Positions 9,398 to 17,455 of a stretch of DNA of 64,000 nucleotides are shown in pieces; positions within the stretch are counted from its first letter, which is position 1, and every line of letters begins with the position of its first letter. The notes beneath the pieces were generated by a model, which was not told the origin of the DNA, made no database searches, and saw only the letters and a program-made list of their open reading frames with translations. The stretch is from Nitrosopumilaceae archaeon. GTDB taxonomy: Archaea; Thermoproteota; Nitrososphaeria; Nitrososphaerales; Nitrosopumilaceae. Where the stretch lies: the NCBI GenBank assembly GCA_965203465.1, contig CBDBCR010000001.1:608001-672000 (forward strand), written 5' to 3'. The position numbers and the translations under genes are program-made.

Positions 9398-10534
9398 GTA
9401 CATGCGCAGCGCCCTTTCGGAGGCGCGCGCCATGGAGTACTCCGCGGCGAGGCGCCTCGCGCCCTCGGCGCCCATCGCCGCGGCCCGCGCCGGATCCGAG
9501 GCGATCTCGAGCATGGCGCGCGCCCAGGCGCGCGCGTCGCCGCGGGGCGCCACCACGCCGCCGGCGCCTGCCACCGTGGGCAGCGGCTCCGAATCCGAGA
9601 CTATCACGGGCACCGAGCACGAGAACGCGTCGAGTATGGCCAGGCCGAACCCCTCGCAGGAGCTCGGAAAGAGCAGCGCGGCCGAGCCCTTTATGGCCGA
9701 GTACTTTTGCTCGTTGTCCAGGTACCCGGCAAACTCGACGCCCTCGCCGGCCTCGCCGCGGAGCCGGTCCATCTCGGGGCCGCCGCCTATGACGCGCAGC
9801 GTGATATCAGGGTTGCTCCTGCGCGCTATGGCAGCCGCCTTTATTATCACGTCGACGCCCTTGTAGAAGACCAGGCGCCCGACGTACACGAACGAGGCCG
9901 GACCGCCGCCGCGCGCCGCGGCCCGGCGCCCCGGCTCGGGGTCTATGGTGTTGGGGACCACGTGCACCGGCGAGACCGATCCCATCGCCCTTACGTCCCT
10001 CTCGGTGGCCTCGCTTGGCACGTGTATGGCGTCGTGGCCGCGCCGCAGCATGATCTTTTCGAAGCGCGGGGCCAGCGCCGCCGCCAGGCGCGAGACCCCG
10101 CCCTGCCGCCTCCACCTCTGCCAGTAGCAGTCCCCGCACAGCGAAAAGACGTCGTGGACGGAGGTGACGTGCGGGATGCCGGCCATCCTGGATATGGCGG
10201 CGCCCGCCGCCGCCGGGGCGAAGTTGTTGGAGTGTACCACTTGTATCCCTTCCCTCCTCGCGATGGACAGGCCGCGGCGCACCGCGCCGAGCACGTACGA
10301 GGCGTTCTGCGCCATGCCGGTCGGCAGGCCGGCCTCGTAGCCGAGGCGGGCGCCGGCGAATTCGAGCGAGACGCCGGGCAGGTCGGGGTAGCGCTCGCCC
10401 GGGACCCTGCCGCACACCACCCACGCCCTGCCGCCCGATTCGCCTACCATGCGGGCAAGCATCCGCATCACGTGCTCGCCGCCGCCCTTGGAATCGGAAA
10501 AGTACTGCGAGAGCAGCAGGACGCGAACCGTCAC
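9371..10534 (-). CDS. Glycosyltransferase family 4
   Basis: GGGE N-terminal motif, YVGRLVFYKG, PSSCEGFGLAILDA; GTG start overlaps the wzt stop. Confidence 0.9.
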   Translation of the reverse strand: MTVRVLLLSQYFSDSKGGGEHVMRMLARMVGESGGRAWVVCGRVPGERYPDLPGVSLEFAGARLGYEAGLPTGMAQNASYVLGAVRRGLSIARREGIQVVHSNNFAPAAAGAAISRMAGIPHVTSVHDVFSLCGDCYWQRWRRQGGVSRLAAALAPRFEKIMLRRGHDAIHVPSEATERDVRAMGSVSPVHVVPNTIDPEPGRRAAARGGGPASFVYVGRLVFYKGVDVIIKAAAIARRSNPDITLRVIGGGPEMDRLRGEAGEGVEFAGYLDNEQKYSAIKGSAALLFPSSCEGFGLAILDAFSCSVPVIVSDSEPLPTVAGAGGVVAPRGDARAWARAMLEIASDPARAAAMGAEGARRLAAEYSMARASERALRMYSSLAGADP

Positions 10535-11265
10535 CCGCTCACCGCGCTCATGTACGCATCGACCACGTCGGCCGCCGGCCCGCTGGCGGCCACCGTGCCG
10601 CCCTCTATCAGCACCGCCGAATCGCAGTGCTGCCTGACCTGGCCCATGTCGTGCGTGACCAGTATGACCGTCCTGCCCCTCTTGCGGAACCGAGCTATGC
10701 TGTCCAGGCACTTTTTCTGGAACGCCACGTCGCCCACCTGTATGGATTCGTCTATCATGAGTATGTCCGGGTCCACCTGCATGGCCGTGGCGAAGGCCAG
10801 GCGCGAGTACATGCCGGCCGAGAACTTTTTGATCTTGGTGTCCTCGAACCCGCCCAGCTCGGCGTACTCTATGACGTCGGGTATCCTCCCGGATATCTCC
10901 TTTTTGGAAAAGCCCAGCAGCAGGCCGTACTGCACGATGTTGTCCGAGGCGGTCAGCTCGCCCATGAACCCGACGCCCAGGCTAAGGAACGGCGTCAGCG
11001 TGCCGTTGACCCTCACGGCGCCCGAATCGGGCTTGTACACCCCCGAGATTATGCGCAGCAGCGACGTCTTGCCCGCCCCGTTGCGGCCCACGATGCCGAA
11101 CATCTGGCCCTTGGGCACGCTGAACGTCACGTCCTTGAGCACCTCCAGGTCCTCGTACTTTTGGCGCCGGGTGAACATGCTGGTGACCGCCTCGTACACG
11201 GACTCGTGCCTCTCGTGGAATATGCGGAACTTTTTCGAGACGTGCTCGACGGAGACCGCGTCCAT
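10531..11265 (-). CDS. wzt: Polysaccharide ABC exporter ATPase (Wzt/TagH-like)
   Basis: GRNGAGKT Walker A, FSAGMYSRLAF signature, IDE Walker B, VTHD. Confidence 0.92.
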   Translation of the reverse strand: MDAVSVEHVSKKFRIFHERHESVYEAVTSMFTRRQKYEDLEVLKDVTFSVPKGQMFGIVGRNGAGKTSLLRIISGVYKPDSGAVRVNGTLTPFLSLGVGFMGELTASDNIVQYGLLLGFSKKEISGRIPDVIEYAELGGFEDTKIKKFSAGMYSRLAFATAMQVDPDILMIDESIQVGDVAFQKKCLDSIARFRKRGRTVILVTHDMGQVRQHCDSAVLIEGGTVAASGPAADVVDAYMSAVSG

Positions 11266-12018
11266 TCAGAGCATCTCCACTATCCTTGCGCGCATGGCGC
11301 GGAACACCGCGTAGCCGGCGCCGAGCACCGCCAGGGTGGTGCCGACCGCTATGAGGACGGAGCCGGCCTCCGGCACCGAATCGTATATGGCCACGTCGCG
11401 CGCCATCACCATTATCTGGACCATCGGGGTCCACTCCAGCATGCCCCTCATGGCGCCGGGCAGTATGTCCATGGTGTAGAATATGGGGGTAAGGAAGAAC
11501 CCGGCCTGCATGATAACGCGCCAGATGAACTGCACGTCGTTGAACCTGACGTTGAGCACCGAAAGCGGCAGGTTGAGGCCCAGTATCAGGACGAGTTCCA
11601 GGGCCAGTATGGGGAACAGCAGGAGCACGGTGGCCGTCGGCAGAAAGCCGAACGCGGCCATGAATATGCCGAACACGACCATCTCGAGGCACAGCATTAT
11701 GCCGGCGGTCATGGTGGCGCTGACGGCCGGCACCTCCTGCCTGATGAAGACCTGCGTCATGAGGCCAGATTTCGCCACGATGCTCGAGAGGCCCATGTCG
11801 GTGCCCCTCTGCATGGCGTTGTACACGATGAGGCCGAGCAGCAGGTACAGCGGAAAGTGCTCGATGTCGTTGCGGAAGACGTTGGTAAAGACCACGTACA
11901 GCACGCCGAGCATCAGCAGCGGCTCCAGGAACGTCCACATGAAGCCGAGCACCGAGTTGCGGTACTTTATGCGCAGGTCCGAGACGGCGAAGTTGGTTAT
12001 GAGGCGCCTCTGTATCAC
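11266..12018 (-). CDS. wzm: Polysaccharide ABC exporter permease (Wzm/TagG-like)
   Basis: DLRIKYRNSVLGFMWTFLEPLL, FFLTPIFY; 6 TM helices; start at GTG 12018. Confidence 0.92.
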   Translation of the reverse strand: MIQRRLITNFAVSDLRIKYRNSVLGFMWTFLEPLLMLGVLYVVFTNVFRNDIEHFPLYLLLGLIVYNAMQRGTDMGLSSIVAKSGLMTQVFIRQEVPAVSATMTAGIMLCLEMVVFGIFMAAFGFLPTATVLLLFPILALELVLILGLNLPLSVLNVRFNDVQFIWRVIMQAGFFLTPIFYTMDILPGAMRGMLEWTPMVQIMVMARDVAIYDSVPEAGSVLIAVGTTLAVLGAGYAVFRAMRARIVEML

Positions 12019-12064
12019 GCCGCGCGCCGGCGCGCGCCTCGTTAAAACCGTATCTTGCCGCTTT

Positions 12065-12136
12065 CGGCTAGCCTGGTGCTCTCTTCCGTGCCCTCTTCCG
12101 GCTAGCCTGGTGCTCTCTTCCGTGCCCTCTTCCGGC
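12065..12136. repeat. Perfect 34-bp tandem duplication
   Basis: CGGCTAGCCTGGTGCTCTCTTCCGTGCCCTCTTC occurs twice, followed by a partial CGGC. Confidence 0.9.
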
Positions 12137-12645
12137 CTCGCCGCCCCGTGCTCCGTACCTTGCAGGCAGCGCGGCAGAGTGCTCCCCGCGCCCGGGCAGT
12201 CCGCCGGGTCTGCCCCGGGAGTCAGAATGCGGGATTTTGCGGGGTTTTCGGAACCGGTACCAGGCCCACAGCTTCCTGGCCCGCACCGGACCCCCACGAG
12301 GCCGCCTGTCTGCGCGTTGGCCGTCTCCGCCTTTGCCTTTTGGCGCCCTGTCCACCTCGCCTGCGCCTCGCTCATCTTCACGCCGCCCCGTCCAGCATCC
12401 CGCATGTGTTCCTGTCGGCCGAGGCGCCCGAACACACCCGCCTCCGTTTCCACCACGCGCGCTAGGATCCGCCGTTCTGCCCCGCTCTGGCCGCTCCACG
12501 CCCGCCTATGGCGGTGATGCTATTTTTGGGGGTTGCACAATTCCCCCGCGAATAGCCCAAAGCGGCGGATTCCGTCCTTTTGGGGGCTCGGCGGCGGCCC
12601 GATTCTACCCGGGGGCCGTTTCCGGCCCGTCCGGGCCCTTGCAGA

Positions 12646-13452
12646 TTACCCCGCAGCGGCCGTTTCCGCGTCGCGCCGGATCCGGTTGAGCGCGCGCACG
12701 TTCGACGTTGCCGCGAGCAGCACGCCGAACCTCTCCTGCGTCTCCTTTTTCCTGTACCTACAGAGCAGCCGGTGGGCGCGCGTCTCCGCCCCGAATATGC
12801 CCTCGACCATCCTGCGATTCCGGTAGCGCCACAGATCGAACAGGGCCGCGGCCCTGCGGCGGAACCGCTTGCCGCCGTTGCGCCTGTTGCCGCCGTTCTC
12901 CCCGCTCTGATCGATGTTGGGGCGCATGTCCGTGTCGAAGGCGGCCTCGCAGTTCCTGTCCGAATCGTACCCCCTGTAGGCGTGGGACCGCCAGCAGGCG
13001 AAACTGCGCCCCAGTTTCTTGGACTTTTCAAAAAGCGATGGCGGCATGTCGGTGTCGGCCACGCTGCTCGGCGTCATCGCGCACGAGAGGATTATCTGCC
13101 GCTTCAGCACCGCGAAAACGTGCAATTTCAGGTGCGATTTTACGCGCTCTGCGGTCTCTCTGCCGGTCTTTTTGTCCAGTTTTGCCTTGTCTTCGTACCT
13201 GTCGGTCTTCACGCCGGTGCTGTCCGCCGCCGTGTCGACCTCGCTCGCCTCGCCGATCCCGGCCCTTTCCAGGCACGCGTTGGCGATCGCCGTCAGCACC
13301 CTTTCGAGCCACTCCATGTCGAGCGCCGCGTGCGCCCTGAAAATGGTCGTATGGTCGGGAACGAGCCCGATCAGATCCAGGTTCCACGACGCCGCGTTCT
13401 CGGCTTTCTGGTAGAGGTTGAAGTGGTTCATCAGGATGCACACGATGGACAT
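12646..13452 (-). mobile_element. IS5-family DDE transposase, probably inactive
   Basis: PDHTTI, ADSTG, KLH, Y..R..VEGIF motifs; the expected ADRGYDS reads AYRGYDS (second catalytic Asp lost); no clear TIRs. Confidence 0.8.
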
Positions 13453-13511
13453 TTCGGCCAGGGGTGCGCTCTTTTCCGGCCTCGGGCTCTTGCGCGCCGG
13501 CCCGCCCACGA

Positions 13512-13994
13512 TCAGCCGCGGGGCCTTTCGAAGACGGCCTCGGTGCCGGCTAGGTGCTCCCGGAGGACTTCGTCGACGTGCAGCACCACGGGGGCGATTT
13601 CCACGCCACACGCGTCCTGGACCTCGACGGCCTTTTTGCAGATCGATCTGAGCGCCCTGCCCCCGTCCTCCATGTCGTGGACCGCCACTACGTGCCACGT
13701 CCCGTCCCGCAGGACGGCGTAGTGGACCCCGACCACGTGATCCAGCGCCTTGAACGCGCCTTCCATGCGCGCGACGACCTCCCCCGCGCGATCCCGCAAT
13801 CCGGCGCCCATCCGGAGCGCCAGTCCCCGCATCTCGGATTCCTGCCGCTCCACCCTCCGCTCCAACTCGCGCACTCTGGCGGCAACGGGCGTTTCCCGGG
13901 TCTGCCGCGCCGGCCCGCCCCCGACGCCGGCATTCCCGGCGGATCCGCGCGCCGCGTTCCCCTCCAACCCGATCCCGAACGCGGCCGCGTCCAT
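13512..13994 (-). CDS. Hypothetical protein, coiled coil plus possible minimal nucleotidyltransferase-like fold
   Basis: TATA-like GGTATAAAC just upstream; C-terminal domain resembles 15013..15471. Confidence 0.6.
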   Translation of the reverse strand: MDAAAFGIGLEGNAARGSAGNAGVGGGPARQTRETPVAARVRELERRVERQESEMRGLALRMGAGLRDRAGEVVARMEGAFKALDHVVGVHYAVLRDGTWHVVAVHDMEDGGRALRSICKKAVEVQDACGVEIAPVVLHVDEVLREHLAGTEAVFERPRG

Positions 13995-14295
13995 GTTTAT
14001 ACCCGGCGTTCGCGGGCGATCCCGGCCAAAGCCCGCGCACGGGTGGGCGTCTCCGGGCGGGGGCCCCCGGTCTGCTCGCCTACGATCTTGGGGTCCTTGG
14101 GCGCCCGCTTGGAGACTGTACCGCAGCGTCTTTTCGCTGATCCATTTGGCGCGCGCGGCAGACCCTCAAACCGGCCCCCAATATTGGCCGTAAAAGAGCG
14201 CCGGCCCGGCCGGTAGCCGATTCTTTCAATTTTCGTACAAGACAGTTTTTCCGCGCCCCAACAACGTATAAAACGTCCACGGGCCGGGGAGCGGC

Positions 14296-14412
14296 ATGAC
14301 CAAAGGCATACTCTCCAAGGACGCGTACCAAAAAGGCGAGGATGTAATTGCGCGTACGTATCCTTCCGTGGAGAAGGCTATCGAAGAGATACCAAAGGCG
14401 CTGTTTGAGTGA
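14296..14412 (+). CDS. 38-aa microprotein or gene fragment
   Basis: MTKGILSKDAYQKGEDVIARTYPSVEKAIEEIPKALFE; GTATAAAA box about 23 bp upstream. Confidence 0.4.
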   Translation: MTKGILSKDAYQKGEDVIARTYPSVEKAIEEIPKALFE

Positions 14413-14586
14413 GGGCATATCCGGCCCAGATTTTTGACGAACCGCTTCAAGCCTGGCGTAGACCGCGCCCACCCGTACGCCCGGCGCGGATCCGGGCAGC
14501 GCGGGACGCGCCGCCCTAGCGACGACGCGTTCCGGCCCCGATCCGCGGCATTTTATCCGATACTGCATCCGAAAAAGAAAGCGGGG

Positions 14587-14685
14587 CTAGTCTTCGCCGA
14601 GCTTTTTCCACTCGTCGTGAGCCCTTTTGGCAAGGGCGTCTCTTACGTCGTCCATTTTCATGGTTCTTTTATCCGGGTTGCCCAT
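14587..14685 (-). CDS. 32-aa helical microprotein
   Basis: MGNPDKRTMKMDDVRDALAKRAHDEWKKLGED, followed by a T-rich terminator-like tract on the minus strand. Confidence 0.4.
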   Translation of the reverse strand: MGNPDKRTMKMDDVRDALAKRAHDEWKKLGED

Positions 14686-15012
14686 GGCGCTCGGTTGGGG
14701 CAAAGATCCACAAGAGCGTTAAGCGCGGCGCAGGCGCATGGCGTCAGGCGGCCGGATCGGCGGCGCGGGTCGCCCCTCCGGGCGCGGGCCGCGCCCCGAA
14801 CGCGCTTTCCCGCGGGGCAGCGGAAAACGCGTTCCGGGCCGGGGCACGTCCCCCGGACTGCCCGCTACCGGCGCGTCAAGCTCTAATGCCGGCGAGCGGC
14901 GGATGCGGGGTTTTTCCGGCCAACGCGGGAGCCGGCCCGCTCGGAGGGGCCAAATCCCCGCCGAGAGCCAAGCTGCGTTTATTACGCGACGAATCTGCCC
15001 GCCAGTGCGGAA

Positions 15013-15471
15013 ATGGCGACCAAAATGTACAACCGTCTCGCAGACCCCGGCCTGGGGCGCCGGCCGGCCGGGAAAGGCGCCGCGACGGCCGGAAAAGGGC
15101 CGCGCCCGCCGGGCGGCGACGCGGAACCGGAAAGCGGGCCCGATCCGAGGCTTGGCCCGCGCCGCCCCGACCCGCCAGGCTGCGGCTCCGCGGACGAGGT
15201 GCTCAGAAAGGTCGGGATCCTGGTCTCGCGCTTCCGCTTCCCCGAGCAGATAGCCCGGGTCATGGCGCGCGTGGAAGGCGGGGGCACGGTCCGTATCCTG
15301 ATAGTCCACCGGTACGAGAGCCACGGCGAAGCGATCGACGTCGTGCGGGAGGACTTTGGCGCGTTCGACGACGACGTGCCGGGCGCGTACTTTGAGTTCA
15401 CGTACGCCAGATCGGAGGGGTTCGACGCGGGCGATTTCCGCGACTTTGTGGACGTGCCGCGTCTTGGATGA
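15013..15471 (+). CDS. Hypothetical protein, paralogue of 13512..13994
   Basis: GTVRILIVHRYESHGEAIDVV aligns with GTWHVVAVHDMEDGGRALRSI; TTTATTA box upstream. Confidence 0.6.
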   Translation: MATKMYNRLADPGLGRRPAGKGAATAGKGPRPPGGDAEPESGPDPRLGPRRPDPPGCGSADEVLRKVGILVSRFRFPEQIARVMARVEGGGTVRILIVHRYESHGEAIDVVREDFGAFDDDVPGAYFEFTYARSEGFDAGDFRDFVDVPRLG

Positions 15472-15989
15472 CGCGCGCTTGGCGCGCAAGAGCCCGCAAC
15501 CGCGGCGCGCACGGGCAGAACGCAAAAGCCCGGGCAGGGAACGGCGCCTTTCCTGCAGGGCCGGCGCGCAGCGGCCGCGGCAGAGCCGCGGGCGGCCAGA
15601 CGGGATCGCGGGCCGCCTTGATCGAAACGCCGCGGGGCGCTCCGGGCGGCGCCGGCCGCCGCGGCCGCCGGTAAAGGAGAGCCGCGATGGTTCGCCGGAA
15701 CGGCTTGTCGTTCCGCCTTTCCGACATGTCGTTCTGCCTGAGCGCTCGCGGGCTAGAAAACCTCGGATGCGCTTCCGCCCGAAAGGCGCGCCGCCCGCCC
15801 GCATCCGGGGGTTTCCTCCGGTCTGGCCGGCGGGCGCGTAGAGTGCGCCCGCGCCCGGAAACCGCCCGAGACGCCGCTAGAGCCCCCCTCAGACGGCCTC
15901 CGGGCGTTTCCCGGGCGCGGCCTCCGGGCCGGCCCGTGAATCCGGCAGGTTTTTATGTGGCCCTGCGTTAGCCTGCGCGGTGCTGGCAA

Positions 15990-16307
15990 ATGGGCTCTGA
16001 CATGGCTTATCTGGGCGATCCAGAGTCCCCGCAGGTAAAAGCGGCAAAAGAGCTGATAGGCAACAACTACGACAAGATACGCGCCGATCTCGCAAGATAC
16101 AGCGCCGATATGAGGTGGGTGGCGGACAATCGCGAGGCTCTGAAGAAGGACTACGGCGACATGTACGTAGCCGTCCTCGATAAAAAAGTCCGCGCCAGCC
16201 ACGCGAACCTTACGAAACTCCTCGAAGAGATCGACGAAAAAGGCATCGACAGAAGAAACGTGCACATAGAGCGCATCTACAAGCAAGATGTGGCTCTGCT
16301 GTTCTAG
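15990..16307 (+). CDS. DUF5678-like protein (putative antitoxin partner of aspartyl protease)
   Basis: W..N.E.L.K.Y...YVAV...KV.A pattern; directly upstream of a retropepsin gene. Confidence 0.7.
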   Translation: MGSDMAYLGDPESPQVKAAKELIGNNYDKIRADLARYSADMRWVADNREALKKDYGDMYVAVLDKKVRASHANLTKLLEEIDEKGIDRRNVHIERIYKQDVALLF

Positions 16308-16351
16308 CGCAGTTTGCAAACTCTTATACGGGGGAAACAATCGGAACACAC

Positions 16352-16808
16352 GTGAAAATAGCCACGGAAGTGAATGGCACGTCGATCTGGATCAGCGGCA
16401 CGATTGTCAACCCGTTGATGCGCGAACACAATTCCAGCAAGATACCATTCTTGGTAGACACGGGAGCCGTCCGCACGACCTTGCTACAGGGCGCGGCCAA
16501 AAAAACTCGGAATCGACTTTGCATCGCTAGAAAAACACCCAATCGACATGCTGGGCATAAGCGGACGGCAGGACGTATACGTGATGAAGAACACGCTGCT
16601 GGTGTTTTCAGACGAGCAGACAGGCGAGCTCATCCTGCGGCACATCGACATGAATGTTTTGAAGCCGGATCCGGACAGCGGGGACGAATCCGCCTTTGCG
16701 CTGTTCGGCACGGATCTGCTCAGCGGCTTTCGCTTCGAGTACGACCTGCCCTGCGCTATCTTGGAGACGGATATCTGGCTAGCGGCGCAGGCTCCAGGCC
16801 GGCCTTGA
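16352..16808 (+). pseudogene. Retropepsin-like aspartyl protease, frameshifted at an A7 run
   Basis: FLVDTGA catalytic motif in the first frame; LGID...LFGTDLL in the +1 frame after A7 at 16499-16505. Confidence 0.8.
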
Positions 16809-16966
16809 GGCGCGCGGCCGCCTCCGACGTACGGGCGAAGCCGGGATCCGCGCTTGGCGTTTAGCCGATCTTGTCCGGCGCGGGCGGGGCGATCCGGCTT
16901 TAAAGACAAAAACAAATGCTAAAATGAGAACCGGGCGGCGTTGATTGCGATGGCCGAAAAGCCGGA

Positions 16967-17052
16967 AAAAACGCTGAAAACAAAGCTGAAAACAAAGCTG
17001 CTAACAGTGGCGCTGAAAGTAGCGCTGAAAGTAGCGCTGAAAGTAGCGCTAG
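16967..17052. repeat. 12-bp degenerate tandem repeat (VNTR), about 7 units
   Basis: Units AACAAAGCTGAA / AGTAGCGCTGAA with a GCTG core at period 12 (one 15-bp interval). Confidence 0.8.
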
Positions 17053-17455
17053 TGGTGGTTCGGTTATATCTTGAGCGTCCACAAGACGGGCGACGCCGGG
17101 GCAAAAGAGAGCGTGAGAATCCGGGGTAAAAACCCGTCACGGCAAGGCGGGTGCCGATTATGGACGCTTGGACGGCTACCAGATCCCGTATCCCGGAGTC
17201 GGATCTGGCGCCGCGCGACCGAAGGCCACAAAAACGGCTCGCCGGTGACGTACAAAAAACCGCATTCGCGGGGGGCTCGAGGCTTGATTCAGGATCTGTG
17301 CAGGTGCCTTAGGTTCTTCACGATCCGACATATTACCGGAATCGGCTCTGCGGCGGCCCGGCCGATGCCGGAGCCGGGTTTCCCTCCGCGTCCGGGACCT
17401 GCAAAAGCGCCTGGCCCGACTGAGCGTCGCCGGCCGTGCCTATCGCCCGTCCTCA

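Noticed and set aside
6889-9792. 967-aa plus-strand ORF and other long Arg/Gly/Ala-rich ORFs (e.g. 51295..54645, 54620..57073, 18072..20024)
   Set aside because: Shadow frames of real genes caused by high GC; low-complexity composition and no motifs
12065-17052. Possible CRISPR arrays at the 34-bp and 12-bp repeats
   Set aside because: Units are directly adjacent with no unique spacers, and no cas genes are present
17060-17340. Possible IS6-like transposase remnant (I.MD.LDGY-like fragment)
   Set aside because: Too degraded to support; a single weak motif across frames
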